The notes beneath the pieces were generated by a model. It worked only from the letters and a program-made list of their open reading frames with translations. It did not search any database and was not told the DNA's origin. From an uncultured Pseudomonadales bacterium (GTDB lineage: Bacteria; Patescibacteriota; Microgenomatia; UBA1400; MFAQ01): a stretch of DNA of 64,000 nt. This document shows, in pieces, positions 44,714 through 54,251 of the stretch. Location of the stretch: positions 6,378 to 70,377 of the forward strand of contig CAYSAM010000003.1 in the NCBI GenBank assembly GCA_964429015.1, given 5' to 3'. Both the position numbers and the translations under genes were made by a program. How positions within the stretch are numbered: the first letter of the stretch is position 1; each line of letters starts with the position of its first letter.

Positions 44714-46210
44714 CTACCCTCGGGTTGACATATTATTTTCCCCTATCTCCAAAACTCTCTTCAATAAATACTCTCTTTGATTTTTTGAAGTATCCTCCAA
44801 TACTTCCTCAAATAATTCCTTCAAAACTTTACCAATAATGGGTCCAGGCGCTACTTTCAAAACCTCCATCACATCTTTTCCGTTCACTGCCATATCATTT
44901 ATCTCCATAGGCTCAAATAGTTGTTCACCAATTCTTTTTTGTAGTTCCAAAAATCTCCAACTTGTTGTCTTAGAGCCACTCCCTTTTCGGTCAGAAATTC
45001 TAAGTAGTACCAAGTCAGCAATATTCTCTTTACCCACCTTTCGAATTAATCTTCTTATGGCACTATCTGTCATAGAGGGTTGATAGTTAAACATATGCCA
45101 TCGGACCAATGTCTCTATTTTTTCAATTTCCTTTCGGCTAAATCTGAGCCTTTCTGCAATCTCTTTTGCCATTCTTGCTCCAATTACCTCGTGGCCATAA
45201 AAAGTAATCATTCCTCTTGTTGGTTGTTTGTAGCCACAATTTGCACATGTGTGAAAATCATCAGGAAGATCTCTAAACATTTTTCCGCATTTTCTACATT
45301 TAAATCGCTGACTTCTAGGTTTACCAATATCATGAATCAATGCTACAAATCGTACTAGTGGATTGGGTGATGGACAATTTTTTAAGCTCTGAATCGAGTG
45401 CTCCAAAACCGACCATTCGTGGTGTCCACCTTGTGCAGTATTCTTACCCTCAAGAATTTCGGGTAAAAAATAATTTATTAAGTTGGTAGATATTAAAAGG
45501 CTAAGGCCGTCGGCAGGATAGTTAGATCCTAAAATTTTCAAGAACTCTTCTCTTACTCTCTCCTTGCTAATTTTTTCTAGCAAAGCTGCATTTTTGCTTA
45601 CAGCTACAAGTGTTTCAGTGTCAATTGCAAATCCCAGTTTCGAAGCAAACCTAATTGCTCTCATCATTCTCAAGGCGTCTTCGCGGAATCGTCTATCAGG
45701 ATCTCCTACAGCTTTTATAACCCCTTTCTCAAAATCAGCTAGTCCTCCCACCAAATCAATCAACTCCCACTGTGATCTGTGATCTGTTATCTGTGATCTA
45801 TATCCCACCACTAGTGCATTTACCGTAAAATCCCTCCTAACTATATCCTCCTCCAAGTTTTTACCCCAAGAAACATTATCAGGTCGCCTAAAGTCAGAGT
45901 ACTCCTTTTCCGATCTGTATGTAGTAATCTCATACAACTCTTCCGTTCCGTCAACGTTCACATTGTAGGATACTGTCCCAAAATCATTATTATAAAAAGG
46001 ATTAAGATCCTTTAGTACTTCCAAGCTTTCCTCGGGGGTAGCGTTTGTGGTCAAGTCACAGTTTTCCGGTCGTTTGTTAACTAGTAGGTTCCTCACTCCG
46101 CCACCTACCAAATAAATCTCAAATCCTGCCTTAATATAAAGATCCATCACCACATTTAAGGCTTCGGGTATCAACGCAATTTCATCTGCTACCAAGTCTC
46201 TTTTGTACAC
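44714..46210 (-). CDS. cca: CCA-adding tRNA nucleotidyltransferase (PolyA-pol head plus HD domain)
   Basis: ...FEIYLVGGGVRNLLVNKRPENCDLTT...RRDFTVNAL...HD: ALIHDIGKP. Contains an internal heptanucleotide tandem repeat (45770-45799). Confidence 0.85.
   Translation of the reverse strand: MYKRDLVADEIALIPEALNVVMDLYIKAGFEIYLVGGGVRNLLVNKRPENCDLTTNATPEESLEVLKDLNPFYNNDFGTVSYNVNVDGTEELYEITTYRSEKEYSDFRRPDNVSWGKNLEEDIVRRDFTVNALVVGYRSQITDHRSQWELIDLVGGLADFEKGVIKAVGDPDRRFREDALRMMRAIRFASKLGFAIDTETLVAVSKNAALLEKISKERVREEFLKILGSNYPADGLSLLISTNLINYFLPEILEGKNTAQGGHHEWSVLEHSIQSLKNCPSPNPLVRFVALIHDIGKPRSQRFKCRKCGKMFRDLPDDFHTCANCGYKQPTRGMITFYGHEVIGARMAKEIAERLRFSRKEIEKIETLVRWHMFNYQPSMTDSAIRRLIRKVGKENIADLVLLRISDRKGSGSKTTSWRFLELQKRIGEQLFEPMEINDMAVNGKDVMEVLKVAPGPIIGKVLKELFEEVLEDTSKNQREYLLKRVLEIGENNMSTRG
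45770..45799. repeat. heptanucleotide tandem repeat (TGATCTG x ~4, two imperfect) inside cca
   Basis: tgtgatctgtgatctgttatctgtgatcta; encodes ...RSQITDHRSQW... in a loop. Confidence 0.8.
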
Positions 46211-46248
46211 GCCACAATCTTATCACGCCACTACAGTAAAATAGAGCC

Positions 46249-47748
46249 ATGAGTCCAACTCTCAAAACGCTTACCACCACCTTAAGGGGTAAAAATCTCA
46301 AGTACAATTTTAAAAAAATTAACAAAGCATATTTCTTTGCCAAAAAACTTCACGCAGGTCAAATACGTCAAACGGGGGAATCCCTTATAAAACATCCCTT
46401 ATCAGTTGCAATCACTTTGGCAGAATGGGGGTTAGATCAGCAAAGTATTGAGAGTTGTTTATTACACGAAGTTCCCGAAGCAATACCCAAAAACTACCGT
46501 CAAGTTATCGAAAAAAAGTTTGGGAAAGATATCCTGCGTCTGGTAGAAGGTGTTCATCGAGTTGGTCAAGTTAAGTTGATGGGGTCTGAGAATCAAAGTT
46601 TTCTCGAAAACTTAAGAAAAATGTTTGTAGCTATGGCCAGTGACGTCCGAGTTGTTCTTATTCGTCTCGCCGATAGATTGCACAACGTCAAAACTCTGGA
46701 TGCTGTACCTCTTTCCAAACAAAAACGCATAGCAATTGAAACATTAGAAATTTATGCCCCTCTTGCGGAAAGGCTAGGTATGGGTCAGTTAAAGGGAGAG
46801 CTAGAAGACCTCGTCTTTCCCTATATATATCCAAACGAATACAAGTGGTTAATGGAGATAGCCAAGCCACATTTTAAGTTTTCCTCGGACAATATTAAAA
46901 GTTCCATTGTCAAAATTCGTCAGCTTTTAGCCAAAAATGGTGTTATCGCACACACTGATGGGCGCCCAAAACGTAAATACAGTCTTTACAAAAAACTTCT
47001 TCGTCCCGAAATAAATAAAGACATCAATCAAATTCACGATCTTATGGCCCTTCGCATTATTACCAAAGACTCTAGTGCTTGCTATACAGTTTTGGGACTT
47101 ATGCATCAATACTGGAAGCCTGTTCCATATCTTGGCATCTCAGATTTTATTGCTCAGCCCAAACCAAATGGTTATCAATCGATTCACACCAAAGTTTTTG
47201 ATCACAAAGGAAATATTCTGGAAATTCAAATTCGTTCAGAACAAATGCATTTGCAAGCAGAACTTGGTGCAGCAGCGCACTTTGCCTATTCAGCGGCCAA
47301 AAATGCAGGTGTTGCGGATGAAAAACTTGAGTCAGGTAAGGGTTTTGTTCTAGATGAAAAAATGTCTTGGGTACAAGAACTTGCAAATTGGAAAAAGCAA
47401 ATAGAGTCGGTACACGAGCAAGAGTCAGATCTAAAACTAGATGCTCTTTCTAAGCATATTTTTGTCTTTTCACCCAAAGGTGATGTATACGATCTTCCTG
47501 AAAACTCCACTCCTGTTGACTATGCTTTTGCTGTACACACAAACCTAGGTTTTTACATTTCCTCAGTCAAGGTCAATGGTCGTATTAGTAGTGTCGACCA
47601 AGCTCTAAAAAGCGGAGATGTCATCGAAATTCTCAAATCTCGTGTCAGAAAACCTGTTAATAAAAACTGGTTGAGGTTTGTAAAAACTCACCGCGCCAAA
47701 GAAAAGCTTCGTCACCAAACTCAGTACGAAAGCAATCTCTATAAATAA
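46249..47748 (+). CDS. rel: (p)ppGpp synthetase/hydrolase, RelA/SpoT family (HD + synthetase + TGS, no ACT)
   Basis: HD ...LLHEVPE...; synthetase ...YQSIHTKVFD...; TGS ...VFSPKGDVYDLPENSTPVDYAF... Confidence 0.85.
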   Translation: MSPTLKTLTTTLRGKNLKYNFKKINKAYFFAKKLHAGQIRQTGESLIKHPLSVAITLAEWGLDQQSIESCLLHEVPEAIPKNYRQVIEKKFGKDILRLVEGVHRVGQVKLMGSENQSFLENLRKMFVAMASDVRVVLIRLADRLHNVKTLDAVPLSKQKRIAIETLEIYAPLAERLGMGQLKGELEDLVFPYIYPNEYKWLMEIAKPHFKFSSDNIKSSIVKIRQLLAKNGVIAHTDGRPKRKYSLYKKLLRPEINKDINQIHDLMALRIITKDSSACYTVLGLMHQYWKPVPYLGISDFIAQPKPNGYQSIHTKVFDHKGNILEIQIRSEQMHLQAELGAAAHFAYSAAKNAGVADEKLESGKGFVLDEKMSWVQELANWKKQIESVHEQESDLKLDALSKHIFVFSPKGDVYDLPENSTPVDYAFAVHTNLGFYISSVKVNGRISSVDQALKSGDVIEILKSRVRKPVNKNWLRFVKTHRAKEKLRHQTQYESNLYK

Positions 47749-47776
47749 ATACATCTTTGTAATATAAAATTAAACT

Positions 47777-48652
47777 GTGAAAAAAGCTTTACTTCTTATC
47801 CCTCTATCTTTTTTTATTGTCTTTTTACCGGTTTTGGGTAAGGTTTCCAATCCAAGAGAGCCAGTTGTAAAAGCTTACTATACTTCAGAGGCACCCCTAC
47901 CACAAAAGAAAAAAGACTCAACACCAATTACTGTTACAGCCTTAGGTGTTTTTATCATGGATTTAAACTCTGGTGTTGTTCTATACGACAAGTCTCCAAA
48001 CAAAAGGCTCAAGCCAGCCTCACTTACAAAAATTATGACTTCTTTGGTTGCCTTGGATTATTACAAAGAGGACTCAGTTCTCAAAGTTATCAACGGACAA
48101 AAGTCACTTGGGAATACCATAGATCTTGTCAGAGGAGATCAAATTATGTCTCAAGATTTAATTTACGGCCTTTTAGTGTCATCCGGAAACGATGCTGCGG
48201 TAACTTATGCCGAAAACTATCCTGGTGGTTATACTGCTTTTGTCAAAAGAATGAACACCAAAACTGCCGAAATGGGACTTGAGAATACTCACTTTAGTAA
48301 CGTTTCTGGGGTAGAGTCTCCAGACCATTACACCAGCGCTTTCGATATCGCCATTATTGCAAGAGAGGCATTGAACCGATCAGTTTTTGAACAGGTTGTG
48401 TCTACCAAAAAAATTACTCTCAAAAGTCTAAAGGGTAATTCCTATCCTCTTACTAACACTAATATCTTATTAAATAAGCCTGGTTTTTATGGAGTCAAAA
48501 CCGGCTGGACACCAGAAGCTGGTGAGTGTCTGGTTATCTTGGCCGAAAGAAACTCACACCCTGTTTTAATTTCGTTACTTCACAGCGCGGACCGTTTTGG
48601 CGAAGGTGAAAAATTGGCTAACTGGGTATTTCAAAACTACACCTGGGAATAA
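47777..48652 (+). CDS. D-alanyl-D-alanine carboxypeptidase (S11, PBP5-like)
   Basis: SxxK ASLTK, SxN SSGND, KTG KTGWT; signal peptide. Confidence 0.85.
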   Translation: MKKALLLIPLSFFIVFLPVLGKVSNPREPVVKAYYTSEAPLPQKKKDSTPITVTALGVFIMDLNSGVVLYDKSPNKRLKPASLTKIMTSLVALDYYKEDSVLKVINGQKSLGNTIDLVRGDQIMSQDLIYGLLVSSGNDAAVTYAENYPGGYTAFVKRMNTKTAEMGLENTHFSNVSGVESPDHYTSAFDIAIIAREALNRSVFEQVVSTKKITLKSLKGNSYPLTNTNILLNKPGFYGVKTGWTPEAGECLVILAERNSHPVLISLLHSADRFGEGEKLANWVFQNYTWE

Positions 48653-48680
48653 AAAAGAACCTCTCGCGAGGTTCTTTGTT
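48651..48680. terminator. bidirectional rho-independent terminator
   Basis: AAAAAAGAACCTC-TCGC-GAGGTTCTTTGTT. Confidence 0.8.
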
Positions 48681-48683
48681 CTA

Positions 48684-49337
48684 TTATGGAGTTATTTGTA
48701 ACTCTTGTTCTTTGGTGAGTTTGACCCAATTGTCCCCCAATACCCTTGCATAATACCCTCTTTCAAGCACCTTAGTGCCATAGGCGTAGGTTAGTTCCAC
48801 CACACCATCCGATGGAACATATAAATATACAAAAATGCTTTCCTGGGTCGCGTCTTTGCATCCCAGGTGTGCCGTATCGGTTGACAATCCAACCAGTGTT
48901 GCCCCCATCTCCTCTCTTTCTGCCGCCGGCGAAACAACAGTTAGAAAGCTGCCAATAATGTCCAGCTGAATTGTCCCTACCACTCTTACACCATATCCAT
49001 ATCCATCCTCATACCACGCGGCGATACTATCCGCGGTATAGCTAGTGTGGCATTTGCCACTCGTGCTCGGGTATCCTGCGTTCAATCTGATGACTTCATC
49101 AATAGGAAGCACCCTGCTTGGCATGCTTTGAACCAGAACGGGATCAATCGTTGGTGTAGCTGGTAATAGAGTAGGTGGTAACAGTGTGACCGTGGTCAAG
49201 CTTGGGTCACTTTCGGGTACCGGTGTCTGGACAATATAAACAGCCTCTGGCTGTTCACTTGGCTGCTCACTCAAATTGGGACCACAAGCAGCAAGGAAAA
49301 CCAGCAACAAGCTTACAAAAAACACATTCTTATTCAT
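48684..49337 (-). CDS. hypothetical lipoprotein (lipobox LAAC)
   Basis: MNKNVFFVSLLLVFLAACG...; Pro/Thr-rich linker. Confidence 0.6.
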   Translation of the reverse strand: MNKNVFFVSLLLVFLAACGPNLSEQPSEQPEAVYIVQTPVPESDPSLTTVTLLPPTLLPATPTIDPVLVQSMPSRVLPIDEVIRLNAGYPSTSGKCHTSYTADSIAAWYEDGYGYGVRVVGTIQLDIIGSFLTVVSPAAEREEMGATLVGLSTDTAHLGCKDATQESIFVYLYVPSDGVVELTYAYGTKVLERGYYARVLGDNWVKLTKEQELQITP

Positions 49338-49402
49338 CTTACCTCCGACTATCTTTTAGGGTGCCGCCGAAGCGGTGTGTGTACTGGTTACATATTATAC
49401 AC

Positions 49403-50488
49403 CTATTTTCCATCTAGCCACTCATCCCTCACGGCCGAAACATAAGCAGCAAACCCCTGATCTCCCAAGAAGATATATATTGGCATAGCGTACTTTTGGT
49501 TAACATTAGAGTCGTAGTATCCCAAAAAGATCTTCCTTATTTTTACCTCGCCATTCTGTGGTCCTGTGGGAGCCACAAAGCCACCACCAGCCGCCAATTC
49601 ACTCCACGCTTCATCACCAGTTTTTATTGGATAGGTAGAGCTTTTATCATAGTTAATAAAAGTATATGCATAATCCATATCGATAACCTTTTCATTTGGT
49701 TGTTTAGATCCAGATACCACAACCCTAATTAGGCCTCTGCTGGGATCGGTTCTATAAAATGGATAACTAGCCTTGATTTCCTTCGTTTTTGACGTAGGAT
49801 CAATTTCGTCAATATTTTTTCTAAAATAATCAATTTGAACAAAGTCTGCATCAGACAAAGACAATGCGGATATTAGTTTGCCAGAATCATTTTTTACGTA
49901 ACTGATTTTTTCAAATCCTATTGCATCATCTTCTAATAGGCCGACCTTTTTTAAATAATTACTTGATTCAATTATCACTTGTTTGTCAGAAACAAAATTA
50001 GCCTGAGTGGCAATAGTGGGATTATTTTGCCACTGTTTGGTTAACAAAAAGTGTCCAGACACAATATTCATGTCCAATTTAGAACTCAGTTGATCCTGGT
50101 TTGTCCAAATGTATCTGGTTTCTGTTGGTTGTTCTGGTTTAAAAAGGAAACCCAACGCCGTAGCAGTGTCCAAAGCCTTATCGGGGTCAGCAAAACCACT
50201 TCTCTTGGTTGGTGCATAATACACTCTCATTCTATCTGGAAACTCAGGAATAATACCGGTGGGAAGCTCCAAAGATAGTTCTGGTCTAGTGGTATTTTTG
50301 GGAAAATTAACTGGCTGTAGTAGCCCAAAGTCTACAGATGCTGGTGGAAGAGCAGGTGGGTGAAGGTATATATAGTAATTTACAAGAGCTACCCCCATAT
50401 ACCACAGCAATGTAACTCCAACAAAACCAATACTTCCGTATTTAATTGCTTTTCGAGAAATGGCCGAAGCCTCAGTTAGTGTCGCCAT
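49403..50488 (-). CDS. hypothetical membrane-anchored protein (361 aa)
   Basis: N-terminal TM (IGFVGVTLLWYMGVALV); no recognisable motif. Confidence 0.5.
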   Translation of the reverse strand: MATLTEASAISRKAIKYGSIGFVGVTLLWYMGVALVNYYIYLHPPALPPASVDFGLLQPVNFPKNTTRPELSLELPTGIIPEFPDRMRVYYAPTKRSGFADPDKALDTATALGFLFKPEQPTETRYIWTNQDQLSSKLDMNIVSGHFLLTKQWQNNPTIATQANFVSDKQVIIESSNYLKKVGLLEDDAIGFEKISYVKNDSGKLISALSLSDADFVQIDYFRKNIDEIDPTSKTKEIKASYPFYRTDPSRGLIRVVVSGSKQPNEKVIDMDYAYTFINYDKSSTYPIKTGDEAWSELAAGGGFVAPTGPQNGEVKIRKIFLGYYDSNVNQKYAMPIYIFLGDQGFAAYVSAVRDEWLDGK

Positions 50489-50513
50489 ATACTACATAAA
50501 GTATACTATCAGT

Positions 50514-51938
50514 ATGACAGATAAGCATATCAGAACCAGAAACGCGCCTTCGCCAACCGGCATTCCTCACATTGGAAACACACGAACAGCCCTTTTTGAT
50601 TATTTATTAGCCAAAAAATATGGTGGCGAATTTATTTTACGTATCGAAGACACCGATCAAGATCGTTTTGTAGAAGGGGCCATCGAAAAAATATATCAAA
50701 TACACGATCTTTTGGGTTTGGTAAGAGACGAAGATCCTGTTGTTGGTGGTAAATACGGACCATATATTCAAACTCAGCGCTTAGAACTTTACAAAAAATA
50801 CGCTCTCGAGCTTGTTAACACTGGCGCAGCTTACTACTGTTTTTGTTCGGAAGATCGTCTAAAAAAACTTCACGAAGACAATCCATATGCTAAATACGAT
50901 CGCCACTGTCGCAATCTAGACCAAAATGAAATAGATAAAAATCTTACCGAAGGAAAGTCTTACGTTATTAGAACCAAGCTACCAGAGTCTGGGTTTACAG
51001 TCTGGCACGATTTAGTTCAAGGGAAACTAAGTTTGCCAAACACAGAGTGTGACGACAAAGTTCTTCTCAAAAGCAGTGGTATCCCTACCTATCACTTGGC
51101 AGTTGTCGTCGATGACCATTTTATGAAAATCAGCCATGTACTTCGTGGTGTTGAGTGGATGATGTCTACACCAATACATGTATTTCTCTATGAGTCTTTC
51201 GGTTGGGAACCACCCCTTTTCTGTCATGTCCCTTTGCTCTTAGGTCCGGACAAAAGTAAATTGTCCAAGCGCCACGGAGCAAAATCTGTGCTGGAGTATC
51301 TTTCTGAAGGTTACTTGCCAGAGGCCATTAATAATTTTCTATTTTATTTGGGTTTTTCATATAAAGACAACTCTGATCTCTTAACTTTAGACGAAATGGT
51401 AAAAGTGTTCGACGAAACCAAATTGCAAAAACAAAATGCCATTTTTGATATTGAAAAACTAAGATACCTTAATTCTCAATGGATCAAAAAAATAGATATA
51501 GATACCATATTTATTAAACTAAAGCCATTTTTACCAGACAATTGGCAAGGACAAGATAAAAAAGTAAAACATGTCCTAGAGCTAGTAAGGGACCGTATGG
51601 TAACTTTGCCAGATTTTATTGATCTTAGTCGTTACTTCTTTGAAGATATAGATCTAGTTTTAGAGGAAGTTTTTAAGCAATCTACTCATCCAAAAACAGA
51701 CCTCCTAAATTGGTTTCAAGTAGTTATCAGTTTTTTAGCATCTCATCCTAATGCTAGTCTAGAAGAAATTCAAAACAATTTACAATCTTTACAAAAGGAA
51801 TCCGGACTAACTCCAAAAGAGGCTTTTATGTCACTAAGAGTAGCACTTTCTGGTCGCACTGTCACTCCACATATCTTTGACTGCATAATAGCTTTAGGGA
51901 TTGACGAATCAATAAACAGACTAAAAAAAGTTTTTTAA
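50514..51938 (+). CDS. gltX: glutamyl-tRNA synthetase
   Basis: HIGH: PTGIPHIGN. KMSKS: KLSKR. The ATG at 50514 is preferred over 50460, which overlaps the convergent gene. Confidence 0.9.
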   Translation: MTDKHIRTRNAPSPTGIPHIGNTRTALFDYLLAKKYGGEFILRIEDTDQDRFVEGAIEKIYQIHDLLGLVRDEDPVVGGKYGPYIQTQRLELYKKYALELVNTGAAYYCFCSEDRLKKLHEDNPYAKYDRHCRNLDQNEIDKNLTEGKSYVIRTKLPESGFTVWHDLVQGKLSLPNTECDDKVLLKSSGIPTYHLAVVVDDHFMKISHVLRGVEWMMSTPIHVFLYESFGWEPPLFCHVPLLLGPDKSKLSKRHGAKSVLEYLSEGYLPEAINNFLFYLGFSYKDNSDLLTLDEMVKVFDETKLQKQNAIFDIEKLRYLNSQWIKKIDIDTIFIKLKPFLPDNWQGQDKKVKHVLELVRDRMVTLPDFIDLSRYFFEDIDLVLEEVFKQSTHPKTDLLNWFQVVISFLASHPNASLEEIQNNLQSLQKESGLTPKEAFMSLRVALSGRTVTPHIFDCIIALGIDESINRLKKVF

Positions 51939-51942
51939 CTTA

Positions 51943-52818
51943 ATGCCAAATCTAAATCTGCCCAATGCTTTAGAAAATCTCGAAAAAAGATCTCTTTTAT
52001 TAAACAAAGAGGTAAAAAGGTTTAAAAAAGCCAAAAAATATTTTACCAAAACGCTTCTTTTAGCACATAATCTCCGGCAAAAATCAAATCAAATTTTGGC
52101 GTCTGTTGGCTTAATTGGTACTATCCTCACTACTCCTATTTTTGGGATTTCTGACATAAGCTCTACAAAAATAAAAACAGAAGATTCGCAAACTAAGCCA
52201 TCCAACAGACTACTTCTTCTTAACTACTTGCAAGAAAAAATTCCGCATAACCCTTATAAATTTTCCAAAGAAGAAATTGCCCCACTGGTAAACGAAATAA
52301 ACACCAAAACAAATATTAAAGTTGATGGCTATCTAGACGATCAATCACTAAATCATCATCTGGGCTACATCGGCTACGAACAACACTTAGTTCGTTTCCC
52401 TGGGGATAGCATAAGCCAGCACGACTCTTTTCAGGAAGCTGGCATGGCTCCAGGCAAAGGCGCTTTTGGCTATTTTGCCAAAGATGCGTCTCAGTTTACT
52501 ACCCAAGACTTTCTAAGAGAAAAATACTACTGCGTCGTCCAAACACTCTACTTAGAAAACTGGAACAGAGATCACCCCTTTCTCAAAGACTGGTACCAAT
52601 TCCGCAAAGTCTTGGTTATCAATCCCGTGAACGGTAACGCTGTCGTCTGCGATATTGGTGATGCGGGTCCTGCTGAGTGGACAGGTAAACAATTTGGTGG
52701 TTCTCCAGAGGTAATGCAAGAGTTAAACCTTCACAGGGGGCCAAGAAAGGGATTGGTTCTTATGTTATTTGTCGATGATCCTAACAATTTAGTTCCCTTA
52801 GGTCCTGTTAATTATTAA
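51943..52818 (+). CDS. hypothetical protein, possible RlpA/DPBB-like C-terminal domain
   Basis: ...VLVINPVNGNAVVCDIGDAGPAEWTGKQFGGSPEVMQELNL... resembles a double-psi beta-barrel; low confidence. Confidence 0.4.
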   Translation: MPNLNLPNALENLEKRSLLLNKEVKRFKKAKKYFTKTLLLAHNLRQKSNQILASVGLIGTILTTPIFGISDISSTKIKTEDSQTKPSNRLLLLNYLQEKIPHNPYKFSKEEIAPLVNEINTKTNIKVDGYLDDQSLNHHLGYIGYEQHLVRFPGDSISQHDSFQEAGMAPGKGAFGYFAKDASQFTTQDFLREKYYCVVQTLYLENWNRDHPFLKDWYQFRKVLVINPVNGNAVVCDIGDAGPAEWTGKQFGGSPEVMQELNLHRGPRKGLVLMLFVDDPNNLVPLGPVNY

Positions 52819-52823
52819 AAAAT

Positions 52824-53144
52824 ATGTCCATACTTTTTTACGACCATCTTTTCTCCAAACAGCAGATTCAAGAAATTATTGATCAGGTCGAAGAATCTGA
52901 AAACCTCAAATCTCGAATGCATCAACTTGTTGATGATATTGTTTATCAGGGCTTAGTTGCTATGATTCTTGGAAAATTAAAAGAAAGTAAACATGAAGTT
53001 TTTTTGGAAATGCTGCACGATAGGCCATATGACACCGAAATAATTCTCTTTCTGAGAGAACATACCCACGACCAAATAGAAGATGATATTAGGCAGGAAG
53101 CCGAAAAACTACTTGGTACTATTCTCAAAGATATGCTACCCTAA
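52824..53144 (+). CDS. hypothetical protein (106 aa)
   Basis: ORF immediately downstream of 51943..52818 (5-nt gap); no motif. Confidence 0.4.
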   Translation: MSILFYDHLFSKQQIQEIIDQVEESENLKSRMHQLVDDIVYQGLVAMILGKLKESKHEVFLEMLHDRPYDTEIILFLREHTHDQIEDDIRQEAEKLLGTILKDMLP

Positions 53145-53149
53145 TTGTT

Positions 53150-53683
53150 ATGGAAACAGAAAAATGCCCCAAATGTGGCGCACCCTTAGGAGATGTTCAA
53201 GAAACAGCAACTGGACGCAAGTTGCAACGTTGTTCGGCAGGTTCTTGGAATAAAGAAACCAAAAAAAACGAAGGTTGTGACTATGTTAAGTGGTTACAAG
53301 TAGAACCCCAAACCTTAGACGAAAAATGCCCCAAATGTGGCGCACCACTAGTGCTTCAAGTAACTCGTTTTGGTAAAAAAATGAAAAAATGTAGTGCTGG
53401 CGGATGGGACAAAGAAGCCAAAAAGGCTACTGGTTGTGATTTTGTGGAGTGGGTAAATGGCACCACCGAAAAGTTAGACGAAAAATGCCCTCAATGCGGC
53501 GAGGAACTCGTTCTTTATACTACCGCTAACGGCAAAAGAATGAAAAAGTGTTCCACTTCTGGTTGGGATAGAGAAGCCAAACGTGCCACCGGTTGTCCTT
53601 ATGTTGAGTGGCTCAAGGCGGAATATAAAGCAGCTCCAGCTAACGGCGAAGAATTTTTGCCCCCCGAAGAAGACATCTTCTAA
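53150..53683 (+). CDS. protein made of three tandem topoisomerase-type C4 zinc-ribbon modules
   Basis: Three repeats of CP(K/Q)CG..L-x20-CS(A/T)(G/S)GW-x13-GC(D/P)(Y/F)VEW; the DNA repeats about every 160 bp. Confidence 0.6.
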   Translation: METEKCPKCGAPLGDVQETATGRKLQRCSAGSWNKETKKNEGCDYVKWLQVEPQTLDEKCPKCGAPLVLQVTRFGKKMKKCSAGGWDKEAKKATGCDFVEWVNGTTEKLDEKCPQCGEELVLYTTANGKRMKKCSTSGWDREAKRATGCPYVEWLKAEYKAAPANGEEFLPPEEDIF

Positions 53684-53705
53684 ACTTACGTCACAAAAAT
53701 GATCT

Positions 53706-53731
53706 GTCATGCCGGACTTGATCCGGCATCC
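53706..53731. repeat. family-1 GTCAT hairpin element
   Basis: GTC-ATGCCGGA-CTTGA-TCCGGCAT-CC. Confidence 0.75.
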
Positions 53732-53756
53732 AGTTACAAATAAAAACGTTTTATCT

Positions 53757-54251
53757 ATGAAAAAAAAGAAGCATAGTCAAATTGATAAAATTTCTACCTG
53801 GCTCACCGAGTCTATAGGTACAAATACCTCTCTAGTCGTGCACACAATCCTATTTGTAGGGATTTTTTCACTGTCTTTATTTGGATTAACTATCGACAAA
53901 ATACTGCTCATTCTTACTACGGCCGTTTCCTTGGAGGCCATCTATCTAGCCATCTTTATCCAAATGACGGTTAACAAAACCACCGAGAGCTTGGCTAGTG
54001 TAGAAGAAAACATCGACGAAATCCAAGAGGACGTAGACGACATTCAGGAAGACGTCGAAGACATCCAAGAGGACGTAGACGACATTCAGGAGGATGTAGA
54101 CCATCTAGAAACAAACATCAAAGATATTTCTGAGGACTACATCGACGACGAGGTAGAGGAGAGTGATACCGTCAAAATCCTAAGCAATATTGAGTCACAA
54201 CTTAATTTACTCAAAGAGGAAATTGCCGAACTAAAAAAGAAAGCAAGTTAG
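53757..54251 (+). CDS. DUF1003-family membrane protein with acidic heptad tandem repeat
   Basis: 2 TM followed by ...IFIQMTVNKTTE... and a coiled coil. 21-nt tandem repeats at 54021-54110 encode (IQEDVDD)x4. Confidence 0.55.
   Translation: MKKKKHSQIDKISTWLTESIGTNTSLVVHTILFVGIFSLSLFGLTIDKILLILTTAVSLEAIYLAIFIQMTVNKTTESLASVEENIDEIQEDVDDIQEDVEDIQEDVDDIQEDVDHLETNIKDISEDYIDDEVEESDTVKILSNIESQLNLLKEEIAELKKKAS

Noticed and set aside
53474-53710. Minus-strand ORF of 78 aa antisense to the zinc-ribbon-repeat gene, together with 54292..54597 (-).
   Set aside because: Both are antisense to well-supported plus-strand genes and have no translation signals.
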